From Pseudoduganella guangdongensis (lineage in GTDB: Bacteria > Pseudomonadota > Gammaproteobacteria > Burkholderiales > Burkholderiaceae_D): DNA of 24,000 nucleotides. The stretch is taken from the NCBI RefSeq assembly GCF_009857475.1, contig NZ_WWCJ01000003.1, positions 55,833-79,832 on the forward strand, written 5' to 3'. The notes under the pieces were generated by a model. The model had not been told where the DNA came from, did not search any database, and was given only the letters and a program-made list of their open reading frames with translations. A program made the translations under genes and the position numbers. Of this stretch, positions 1 through 7,021 are shown piece by piece (positions within the stretch are counted from its first letter, which is position 1; each line of letters starts with the position of its first letter).

Positions 1-1320
1 GGCCAGGGTGCCGTCGCCGTTCCAGGTGATGTTCGAGGCTTCCCACTTGCCGCTGGTCAGCGCGCGCTGCCTGCCGCTGGCGTCCAGGGTGTACAGGTGC
101 GAGTAGCCGCTTTCTTCGGACATGAACCACAGGGTGCTGTTGTCCGGCAGGTAGCCGAAATCGTTGTAGGCGTAGTTGATCCAGGCCTTGTCGGTCAGAC
201 GATGCAGCGACTGCAGCTTGGCCGCCGGCAAGTCGATGGCGGCGATCCAGCGGTCCTTGTTGTCCACGGTGCGCAGCATCACGGCAGCCTTGGCGCCGTT
301 GTCGCTCCAGGCGATGCCGTCGCCTTCATCGGTGGCCAGGCGGGTGGCGCGGTTGCCTTTCAGGGCCGGCTGCTTGGCCGCTTCGCGCAGGCTGGCCAGC
401 GGGTCGGTGCTAATCCCGGGCAGGCTGTCGAAGGCCAGGTCCTTGATGGTACCGGTGCGCAGGTCAACCAGCTTGAGCGACTGCGCCAGCGGCAGGTTGC
501 GGCCGACGCGGGTGCGCTGGTCGTCGAATTCCTCGTAGCCCGATTCGGTCACGTAGCGCGGCATTTTGCCGACGCGGCCGTTCTCGCTTGCTTTCGGGGA
601 AGTGGCGACCACCAGCCAGCGGCCGTCCGGCGAGAGCGAGGAGGCGTCGATCGATACTTTCTCGCCGAAGTAGAGCGGGGCCGGGGCGCGGGTGGCGTCG
701 GCCTGGCGTTCCTCCTTGGCGCGCGCGCGCGTTTCGTCGCGTTCGTCCTTTTGGCGCTTGAGGGTGGTGATCAGGCGCAGCTGCATTTCGCGCAGGTAGT
801 CTTCGTCCGGTGCGGCGGCCGGGTCTTTGGCGGCGCGCGGCAGGGCCACCGGCGATACCAGGCGTTCGGCGCGGCTCCAGCTGAACCAGTCGTTGCCGAC
901 CTTGAACTGCACGCTGGCACCGTCCGCCGAGTACTGCGGGGCGGAGGCGTTGGCGGTGCCGCGGCTGATCTGCACCAGGGCGCCCGATCTCAGGTCGCGT
1001 TCAAACAGGTCGCCGTTGCGCAGCACGATGGCACGCGTGCGCTCACGGTTGAAGACCAGGTTCGGGCTGTCCAGGTTGGCCAGCTCGGCGTCTGGCACCA
1101 GGCGCGGTTTGTCGCCGGCCTGGAAGGTGTCGCGCAGCGAGGAGCCGACGCGCTTTTGTTTATAGAAGATCTGCTTGCCGTCCCAGCTCCACCACGCGGT
1201 TTCCACGGGTGTGCCGATCCAGTCCGGATGCGACATGGCCTGGTCGAGGGTGATTGGGGTTTGGGCAAATGCGGGGGCTGCCAGCAAGGCTGCCAGCAGG
1301 GGGAGGGCAAGTCGGCGCAT
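1..1320 (-). CDS. S9 family serine peptidase (prolyl oligopeptidase / DPP-IV-like). Signal peptide plus N-terminal beta-propeller region; the 3' end runs off the left edge.
   Basis: Absent from the supplied ORF track because it has no stop inside the window. Manual reverse-complement translation from the ATG at 1320..1318 gave 440 codons; the four stretches I translated codon by codon (1141-1320, 541-600, 1-60) contain no stop, and the rest was read less rigorously. Sequence: MRRLALPLLAALLAAPAFAQTPITLDQAMSHPDWIGTPVETAWWSWDGKQIFYKQKRVGSS...SLSPDGRWLVVATSPKASENGRVGKMPRYVTESGYEEF...YSHLYTLDASGRQRALTSGKWEASNITWNGDGTLA. It has a clear signal peptide (AFA-Q) and blade-like SPDG/W repeats typical of the DPP-IV N-terminal propeller. 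The catalytic domain would lie beyond position 1. Confidence 0.75.
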   Translation of the reverse strand, partial: MRRLALPLLAALLAAPAFAQTPITLDQAMSHPDWIGTPVETAWWSWDGKQIFYKQKRVGSSLRDTFQAGDKPRLVPDAELANLDSPNLVFNRERTRAIVLRNGDLFERDLRSGALVQISRGTANASAPQYSADGASVQFKVGNDWFSWSRAERLVSPVALPRAAKDPAAAPDEDYLREMQLRLITTLKRQKDERDETRARAKEERQADATRAPAPLYFGEKVSIDASSLSPDGRWLVVATSPKASENGRVGKMPRYVTESGYEEFDDQRTRVGRNLPLAQSLKLVDLRTGTIKDLAFDSLPGISTDPLASLREAAKQPALKGNRATRLATDEGDGIAWSDNGAKAAVMLRTVDNKDRWIAAIDLPAAKLQSLHRLTDKAWINYAYNDFGYLPDNSTLWFMSEESGYSHLYTLDASGRQRALTSGKWEASNITWNGDGTLA

Positions 1321-1420
1321 AGTCTCGAAATGTGAAGTGGTTTTTTCGAGGAAGCATTCTAGCAGCCAGCCCTGCCACGGAAAGTATCAGGCTTGTAACA
1401 AGGTGGCGTGCTTGCCAGCT

Positions 1421-1436
1421 TGGCACTAGAATGGCG
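1421..1436 (+). promoter_or_regulatory. Candidate sigma-54 (-24/-12) promoter upstream of the S41 peptidase gene
   Basis: TGGCACtagaaTGGCg. The GG and GC dinucleotides are separated by exactly 10 nt, as in the TGGCAC-N5-TTGCW consensus. There is one mismatch in the -12 element (TGGC instead of TTGC). It lies about 27 nt upstream of the ATG at 1463. No enhancer-binding protein gene is visible. Confidence 0.25.
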
Positions 1437-1462
1437 TGCATTCAGCAAAACCAGGAGACAAG

Positions 1463-2803
1463 ATGGCAAAAAGCCATGTAGCAGCGCTGGTACTGGCCCT
1501 GGTGGCCGGCGGCGCAATGGCGCAGCAGCAGCCTGTAATGAATTGGGAATCCGCCGCGCTGGCGGGGGCCTACAAGGAAAACATCAGCGAGGATGAAAAA
1601 GTCGCCGGCCTGTCCAAATTGTGGTCGGAAGTGAAATATAACTTTTTCGACACCGCCACCCTGGAAAAGCTGGACTGGGACAAGCTGTACCTGGAGACCT
1701 TGCCGCGTGTGCGCGCCACGCGCAGCACGGAGGACTATTACCGCGTGCTGACCGAAACGGTGGCCAAGCTGAAAGACGGCCACACCAACGTCTTCCCGCC
1801 GCAGGAGCTGCACGCGCGCATGTTCGGCGTGCCCCTGCTTAAAACGCTGCCGATTGAAGGCCGCGTCATCGTGACCGAAGTGTACGACCCAGGCCTGCGC
1901 GCCAAAGGCATCATGCCGGGCGTGGAGGTGGTGTCGATCGACGGCTCGGACGTGAAGTCCTACGCCGCGCGCGAAGTGGCCCCTTATGTCAGCGCCTCCA
2001 CCCCGCAGGACCGGGAGCTGCGCACCTTCGGCTACCAGCTGCTGGGCGGCGCCGAGGGCAGCGCGGCGCGCATTGTGTTCCGCGACGCGGCCGGCAAGCA
2101 GTTCGAGCAGCAGGTGCCGCGCGTAAGCCGCGCGGCGCGCAAGGCGGCCGGCGCCAATCCGCCGTCGTTCGAATTCAGCATGCTGCCGGGCGACGTGGCA
2201 TATGTGGCGCTGAACAGCTTTGAAGACGACAGTGCCGCCGACGCCTGGATGGCGGCCTTCGACGAAATCGCCAAGTCCTCCGCGCTGGTGATCGACGTGC
2301 GCCGCAACGGCGGCGGCAATTCGATGGTTGGCTACAAGATCCTGGCCACGCTGGATACGCAGGCGTTTATGACCAGCCGCTGGGCCACGCGCGACTACAA
2401 GCCGTCCTGGCGCGCCTGGGGCAAGGAGATGCCGATGTATTCCGAAGCGCCGGACGTGATGCAGCCGGATCCCAAGCGCCACTACGCCAAGCCGGTGCTG
2501 GTGCTGACCAGCGCGGCCACCTTCTCGGCGGCCGAGGATTTTGCCGTGGCCTTCGACGGCATGCAGCGCGGTGCGCTGGTGGGCGAACCGACGGGCGGCA
2601 GCACCGGCCAGCCGCTGTTCATCAAGCTGCCGGGCGGCGGCGCCGCGCGCATCTGCACCAAGCTCGATACCTATGCCGACGGACGCGCCTTTGTCGGCGT
2701 GGGCGTGCAGCCGCAGCATGCCGTCAAACCGACCGTGGACGGCACGCGCGCCGGCCGCGATGAAGTGCTGGAGGCGGCGCTGGCGCAGTTGCAGGCCAAA
2801 TAA
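1463..2803 (+). CDS. S41 family peptidase (tail-specific / C-terminal processing protease-like), secreted
   Basis: This is ORF 1436..2803 trimmed to the ATG at 1463, which sits 5 nt after an AGGAGA SD. Signal peptide MAKSHVAALVLALVAGGAMAQ. S41 signature blocks are VIDVRRNGGGNS and VLTSAATFSAAEDFA (Ser-containing SAxE block). A PDZ-like segment reads GIMPGVEVVSIDGSDV. Confidence 0.85.
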   Translation: MAKSHVAALVLALVAGGAMAQQQPVMNWESAALAGAYKENISEDEKVAGLSKLWSEVKYNFFDTATLEKLDWDKLYLETLPRVRATRSTEDYYRVLTETVAKLKDGHTNVFPPQELHARMFGVPLLKTLPIEGRVIVTEVYDPGLRAKGIMPGVEVVSIDGSDVKSYAAREVAPYVSASTPQDRELRTFGYQLLGGAEGSAARIVFRDAAGKQFEQQVPRVSRAARKAAGANPPSFEFSMLPGDVAYVALNSFEDDSAADAWMAAFDEIAKSSALVIDVRRNGGGNSMVGYKILATLDTQAFMTSRWATRDYKPSWRAWGKEMPMYSEAPDVMQPDPKRHYAKPVLVLTSAATFSAAEDFAVAFDGMQRGALVGEPTGGSTGQPLFIKLPGGGAARICTKLDTYADGRAFVGVGVQPQHAVKPTVDGTRAGRDEVLEAALAQLQAK

Positions 2804-2839
2804 AAAAGCCGCCAGCCCAGCGGGCGGCGGCTTTCCTTT
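2802..2839. terminator. Bidirectional rho-independent terminator between convergent genes
   Basis: aaaaaGCCGCCaGCCCagcGGGCGGCGGCtttccttt. The stem is 10 bp of pure G:C (2808-2813/2826-2831 and 2815-2818/2822-2825) with one bulged A and a 3-nt loop. An A-tract lies on one side and a T-rich tract on the other, so it can terminate both the S41 (+) and OMP (-) transcripts. Confidence 0.6.
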
Positions 2840-2852
2840 CAAGCGCTAGCGC

Positions 2853-3332
2853 TTAGAAAGCGTAGGAAACACCCACGCTCAGGTTTTTGCTGTCGCTGGA
2901 TGGACGCTGGTATTCAACGCGTGCGCTGATTTGCTTGTTGATGTTGTAGCTCACGCCTACACCCAGCAGCAGGCCGTCATCGTTGCCGTTGCCAGCACGG
3001 GTTTCTACTTTGATGGTGTTGAAGCCGATACGACCGAACACGGAAACGGCGCCCACCGGTGCGGAACCGATCAAGGAAATTGCGGTTTGCTTCGCTTTGA
3101 AGAAGCCATAGCTGTATGCAGGGAAGCGGCCCAGTTCACGGTAGCCGGCTTCCAGCGCCACGTTTTGGTTGACTTTTACGCCGGCGAATACGCCGTAGCT
3201 ATTGTCGTTGCTGTAGTCGTTAACGCGGGTCACGCCGGTGTCGGCGCCAACGTAGTAGGAGACTGGTTCAGCTGCGGTAGCGGTGAAAGAAGTGGCTGCC
3301 ATCAGGGCGGCGGCTGCGATGTGCTTGATCAT
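2853..3332 (-). CDS. Small outer-membrane beta-barrel protein (8-stranded OmpX/Ail/OmpA-membrane-domain-like)
   Basis: 159 aa with signal peptide MIKHIAAAALMAATSFTATA-AEP. Alternating hydrophobic/aromatic beta-strand pattern (YYVGADTGV, GVFAGVKV, ALEAGYREL, GVGVSYNI, ARVEYQR). The C-terminal VGVSYAF ends in Phe, the classic OMP/BAM signature. An AGGAA SD lies upstream. Confidence 0.8.
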   Translation of the reverse strand: MIKHIAAAALMAATSFTATAAEPVSYYVGADTGVTRVNDYSNDNSYGVFAGVKVNQNVALEAGYRELGRFPAYSYGFFKAKQTAISLIGSAPVGAVSVFGRIGFNTIKVETRAGNGNDDGLLLGVGVSYNINKQISARVEYQRPSSDSKNLSVGVSYAF

Positions 3333-3418
3333 GATTATTTCCTATTTCTATGTACTTTGCCTCGCGTTGTTGCGGGGCAACATTGAATTTTAGCAAGCCC
3401 TTTTCACTAGTGCAAGTT

Positions 3419-3438
3419 TACTGTGTGTTCATACAGTA
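3419..3438 (+). promoter_or_regulatory. LexA (SOS) box overlapping the polB promoter
   Basis: TACTGTgtgttcatACAGTA. Both arms match the E. coli-type consensus TACTGT-N8-ACAGTA exactly. The box ends 13 nt before the polB ATG and overlaps the -10 hexamer by 2 nt. Confidence 0.75.
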
Positions 3439-3442
3439 TAAT
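3437..3442 (+). promoter_or_regulatory. Consensus -10 hexamer TATAAT for polB
   Basis: A perfect TATAAT lies 8 nt upstream of the polB ATG (3451). No convincing -35 element is present; the best candidate is TTTACT with a spacer that is too short. The implied TSS is about 3449, only about 2 nt before the start codon. Confidence 0.45.
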
Positions 3443-3450
3443 TTCGGCTT

Positions 3451-5766
3451 ATGCCTGGATTTATCCTTACCCGCGCCTGGCGCGATGCCCGCGACGGCAC
3501 TGAAATCGAGTTCTGGCTCGCCACCGACGACGGGCCGCGCAAGGTCCTGCTGACCGAGCAGGCCTCGGTGGCCTTCGCCGACGCCGCGCTGCGCGACACC
3601 ATCGCCACCCTGGCCGCCGGCATGTCCGGCATCGACCTGCGCGAGGTGGGGCTGAAAACCTTCCAGCGCGAGCCGGTGGTGGGCATCTACGCCAGTCATT
3701 ACAAGCAGTTGCTGGCGCTGGAACGCAAGCTGGGCGAGCGCGGCATCCGCCTGTACGAGGCCGATATCAAGCCGCCGGAGCGCTACCTGATGGAGCGCTT
3801 CATCACCGCCGGGGTGAAAGAGGAGGGCGGCAAGTTGCGCCCCGCGCCGGAGTACCGCCCGCGCCTGCGCATGGTGTCGCTCGATATCGAAACCAGCGCT
3901 TTCGGCGAGCTGTATTCGATTGCGCTGGAAGGCTGCGGCCAGCGCCAGGTCTACATGGTGGGCGAAACGCCGGCCGCCGCACCGCAGGTGGACTTCGACC
4001 TGGAGTACTGCGCCACGCCGCGCCGCGCCATTGAAAAGTTGAACGAGTGGTTCCGCCGGCACGACCCGGACGCGATCATCGGCTGGAGCGTGGTGCAGTT
4101 CGACTTGCAGACGCTGCAAAGGAACGCGGAAAAGTACAAGGTGCCGCTGCTGCTGGGGCGCGAGGGCCGCCCGGTTGAATGGCGCACGCACCAGGCGCGC
4201 GACGGCTATGTGTTCGCCACCATCCCCGGCCGCATCGCCATCGACGGCATCGAGGCGCTGCGCGCCGCCTCCTGGAGCTTCCCCTCCTTTAGCCTGGAAA
4301 ACGTGTCGCAGGCCTTGCTGGGCGAGGGCAAGGAGATCGGCAGCGACTACGACAAAATGGCCGAGATCGAGCGCCGCTTCCGCGAGGACAAGCCGGCCTT
4401 GGCCACCTACAACCTGAAAGACTGCGAGCTGGTCACGCGCATTTTCGAGAAGACGCGGGTGATGGACTTTATCCTGGAGCGCTCGCACGTGACCGGGCTG
4501 GTGCCGGACCATATGGGCGGATCGATTGCCGCCTTCAACCACCAGTACCTGCCGCGCATGCACCGCGAAGGCTATGTGGCGCCGAACGTGGGCGAGGTGC
4601 CGGCGGTGGCGTCGCCCGGCGGCTTTGTGATGGATTCGCGCCCCGGCCTGTACGACTCGGTGGTGGTGCTGGACTTCAAAAGCCTGTACCCCTCCATCAT
4701 CCGCTCCTTCCTGGTCGACCCGGTTGGGCTGGTGGAGGGCGGGGCCGAGGCGGAGGACGGCGGCGACACCGTGCCCGGCATGCGCGGCGCCCAGTTCTCG
4801 CGCACGCGCCACTGCCTGCCCGCCATCACCACCCAGCTCTGGCAGGGGCGCGATGCCGCCAAGCGCGAGAAGAACGACGCGCTGTCGACCGCCCTCAAAC
4901 TGCTGATGAATTCGTTTGTCGGCGTGCTGGGATCGACCGACTGCCGCTTCTACCATCCGCAGCTGATTTCCTCGGTGACCCTGCGCGGACACGAGCTGCT
5001 CAAACTTACGCGCGAGCTGGTGGAGAAGGAGGGCTATGAAGCGATTTACGGCGACACCGATTCCATCTTCATCTGGCTTAAGCGTCCGCACGAAACGGAG
5101 GAGGCGCTGGCCATTGCGCGCGGCCTGGTCGCCAAAATCAACCAGTGGTGGCGCGACCGCCTGCGCCGGAAGTACAAACTCGATTGCTACCTCGAAATCG
5201 AATTCGACACTTACTACCGCAAGTTCTTCATGCCCACCATTCGCGGCACGGAACTGGGCAGCAAAAAGCGCTACGCAGGGCTGACCAGCGACGGCGATAT
5301 GATCTATCGCGGCCTGGAAACCGCGCGCAGCGACTGGACGCCGCTGGCGCAGCAATTCCAGCAGGAGCTGTTCACGCGCATCTTCAAGGACGAGCCTTAC
5401 CGCGACTACGTGCGCGAGTATGTGCGCAAGACGCTGGCCGGCGAGCACGATGCGCTGCTGGTCTACCGCAAGCGCCTGCGCCACCGGCTGGATGAATACC
5501 AGGTCAACGTGCCGCCGCAGGTGCGCGCCGCGCGCCTGGCCGATGAATTCAACAAGGCGCAGGGCAGGCCGCTGCGCTACCAGAACGGCGGCCGTATCAG
5601 CTACGTGATCACCACCAACGGGCCGGAGCCGCTTGAGGTTCTGCGTTCGCCAATCGACTACCAGCATTATCTGGATAAGCAGCTGCTGCCGATCGCCGAT
5701 GCGATCCTGCTGCCGTTGAAGGAGAGCTTCTCGGCGCTGACGACGGCGCAGCAAGCCTTGTTCTAG
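3451..5766 (+). CDS. polB: DNA polymerase II (family B, SOS-inducible)
   Basis: 771 aa. The N-terminus MPGFILTRAWRDARDGTEIEFWLATDDGP parallels E. coli Pol II (MAQAGFILTRHWRDT...FWLATDNGP, recalled from memory). Exonuclease motifs are SLDIETS and YNLKDCELV. Polymerase motif A is DFKSLYPSII and motif C is YGDTDS. The extreme C-terminus QQALF fits the beta-clamp-binding QxxLF motif. Confidence 0.95.
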   Translation: MPGFILTRAWRDARDGTEIEFWLATDDGPRKVLLTEQASVAFADAALRDTIATLAAGMSGIDLREVGLKTFQREPVVGIYASHYKQLLALERKLGERGIRLYEADIKPPERYLMERFITAGVKEEGGKLRPAPEYRPRLRMVSLDIETSAFGELYSIALEGCGQRQVYMVGETPAAAPQVDFDLEYCATPRRAIEKLNEWFRRHDPDAIIGWSVVQFDLQTLQRNAEKYKVPLLLGREGRPVEWRTHQARDGYVFATIPGRIAIDGIEALRAASWSFPSFSLENVSQALLGEGKEIGSDYDKMAEIERRFREDKPALATYNLKDCELVTRIFEKTRVMDFILERSHVTGLVPDHMGGSIAAFNHQYLPRMHREGYVAPNVGEVPAVASPGGFVMDSRPGLYDSVVVLDFKSLYPSIIRSFLVDPVGLVEGGAEAEDGGDTVPGMRGAQFSRTRHCLPAITTQLWQGRDAAKREKNDALSTALKLLMNSFVGVLGSTDCRFYHPQLISSVTLRGHELLKLTRELVEKEGYEAIYGDTDSIFIWLKRPHETEEALAIARGLVAKINQWWRDRLRRKYKLDCYLEIEFDTYYRKFFMPTIRGTELGSKKRYAGLTSDGDMIYRGLETARSDWTPLAQQFQQELFTRIFKDEPYRDYVREYVRKTLAGEHDALLVYRKRLRHRLDEYQVNVPPQVRAARLADEFNKAQGRPLRYQNGGRISYVITTNGPEPLEVLRSPIDYQHYLDKQLLPIADAILLPLKESFSALTTAQQALF

Positions 5767-5796
5767 CGCCGCGCTCGCCTGGGAAATCCGAACCCG

Positions 5797-5838
5797 GATA
5801 TAGGAAAAATTACCCAATAATTAAAATAGAAAAAAAGC
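5797..5838 (+). promoter_or_regulatory. AT-rich tract with a candidate -10 (TAAAAT, 5822-5827) for the downstream secreted-protein operon
   Basis: gatataggaaaaattacccaataattaaaatagaaaaaaagcc is a sharply AT-rich island within GC-rich DNA, 47-88 nt upstream of the ATG at 5885. It has a UP-element-like A-tract. No good -35 element is present. Confidence 0.3.
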
Positions 5839-5844
5839 CAAGGC

Positions 5845-5877
5845 CCTCCTAAGCTGAGTTATGAAACTCAACGGAGG
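5845..5877 (+). promoter_or_regulatory. Candidate SD-sequestering hairpin in the 5' leader of the 3D-domain gene
   Basis: CCTCC-taagc-TGAGTT-atga-AACTCA-ac-GGAGG. The inner stem is 6 bp (5855-5860/5865-5870) and the outer stem is 5 bp (5845-5849/5873-5877). The outer 3' arm is the GGAGG Shine-Dalgarno for the ATG at 5885. Confidence 0.3.
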
Positions 5878-5884
5878 ACAAGCC

Positions 5885-7021
5885 ATGAAGATCCATTGCA
5901 TGGGGGGATGGCTCCTGCTCTTGGTGGGCGCATCGGCAAAGGCAGCCGACTGCACGGTGCCCGGCACCTGGACCGATATATTCGGCGGCCAGTTTGCGAT
6001 CACGTCGGCACTGACGGGGACGGGCAAGTTCCCGTATTGCTCGGCAAACCACAGCTTGAGCATTACGCTGAACGGCACGACCGGCTTTACGGTGCGGGCG
6101 CGCTACAACGGCGGACAGGATTGCCAGGGCTTTTCCGAGACGCTGACGTTTGCCTCCGATTGCATGACGGCTAGCGGCACCTACCGGAATGACGACGGCA
6201 GCAGCGGGGCGGACACCTGGAACAAGACCGGCCCCTTCATTTCCCTGGCGCGCACCACGCTCACCACAGCGCGCGCCACCGGTACGCCGACGGGCGGCAG
6301 CTTCGCCTTTGGCACCGAGGCTATCAGCGGCAGCAACCATGCCGTGGTGGCCATGGCCAACGGCGTTACGCCGACCAGCAATCCGAACGACATCACTTTC
6401 ACCGCCCCGGCATCGGGCGGCGCACCCACGCCGGGCGGCCTGGCGCGGCTGATTGCGCGCTACCAGCTGAATGGGGCAGAGGCGCGGAATAACCTGAACC
6501 GCGTGGCGACCTTCGGCATGTCCTGCTATATGCTGGCGCTGGAATCCGACTACGGCACGCAGCCGAACGCCTGCAGCGCGACCACCATCTACGGCACGCG
6601 CTATTCCGGCACGGTGCTCAATCCGGGCGGCCTGCAGGGCACGTACTGCGCCGCGTTCATCGCCAATGTTCGCTTGCAGGGATCGGGGCAATTGAATGGC
6701 GGCGGCTATATCAACTACAACGTCAATACGCGGCAGTTCGTGGCCGTGGCCTCGGTCAACGGCGCCGATGGGACGCCCGTGGTTGCGGGGCAGACTGTGG
6801 CGCGCGACCGGGCAATCATACCGGGCCGCGGCGTGCTGGTGGATGTCGATGGCACGGGGACCGGCTTGCTGGCCAACGATACGGGTGGCGCGATCCGTGG
6901 CTACCGGCTGGATCTTTACAATGGAGCCGGCAGGGCCGCTTGCGCCGGTTACGCCAATCCGCTTGGCGTTGGCGCCTGCCAGACGCCGCAAGCGTCCTGC
7001 CCGGGGAGGGAGATGCAATGA
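5885..7021 (+). CDS. Secreted Cys-rich protein with a C-terminal 3D (MltA-like double-psi beta-barrel) domain
   Basis: This is ORF 5861..7021 trimmed to the ATG at 5885, 7 nt after a GGAGG SD. Signal peptide MKIHCMGGWLLLLVGASAKA-ADC. The C-terminus VARDRAIIPGRGVLVDVDGTGTGLLANDTGGAIRGYRLDLYNGAG matches the 3D-domain pattern (AxD..IP.G....D.....A.DTGGAI.G..xDxy.G). The upstream block LQGSGQL.GGGYINY resembles the MltA core. The N-terminal ~200 aa have no motif I can name. Confidence 0.7.
   Translation: MKIHCMGGWLLLLVGASAKAADCTVPGTWTDIFGGQFAITSALTGTGKFPYCSANHSLSITLNGTTGFTVRARYNGGQDCQGFSETLTFASDCMTASGTYRNDDGSSGADTWNKTGPFISLARTTLTTARATGTPTGGSFAFGTEAISGSNHAVVAMANGVTPTSNPNDITFTAPASGGAPTPGGLARLIARYQLNGAEARNNLNRVATFGMSCYMLALESDYGTQPNACSATTIYGTRYSGTVLNPGGLQGTYCAAFIANVRLQGSGQLNGGGYINYNVNTRQFVAVASVNGADGTPVVAGQTVARDRAIIPGRGVLVDVDGTGTGLLANDTGGAIRGYRLDLYNGAGRAACAGYANPLGVGACQTPQASCPGREMQ

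Noticed and set aside
97-1335. A 412-aa + strand ORF at the left end, plus nested ORFs at 176..538, 827..1165, 990..1310, 1160..1441 and 1175..1429
   Set aside because: The opposite strand encodes a coherent S9 peptidase N-terminus with a signal peptide. The + strand product is repetitive Gly/Ala/Val/Arg filler.
1442-2842. A 466-aa minus-strand ORF antisense to the S41 peptidase gene
   Set aside because: This is a mirror ORF. The S41 motifs (RRNGGGNS, SAAEDFA), signal peptide and SD all lie on the + strand.
3451-5766. polB as the hallmark of a self-replicating mobile element (pipolin or casposon-like) or a defence island
   Set aside because: The protein is collinear with chromosomal E. coli Pol II from the first residues to the clamp-binding tail and is LexA-boxed. 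There is no integrase, Cas1, terminal inverted repeat, flanking direct repeat or tRNA target nearby.
3418-5817. A 799-aa stop-free ORF on the minus strand spanning all of polB
   Set aside because: It is an exact mirror of a gene with unmistakable family-B polymerase motifs. Its product is low-complexity (Ala/Arg/Gly/Leu/Val/Gln/His-rich) with no motifs, SD or signal. Long antisense ORFs are an expected by-product of strong GC3 bias.
5849-7018. A 389-aa minus-strand ORF antisense to the 3D-domain gene, and + strand alternate-frame ORFs at 6696..7454 and 7259..8050
   Set aside because: The products are Arg/Ala/Gly-rich with no start context. The annotated frames have signal peptides, SDs, ATGA coupling and recognisable domain motifs.
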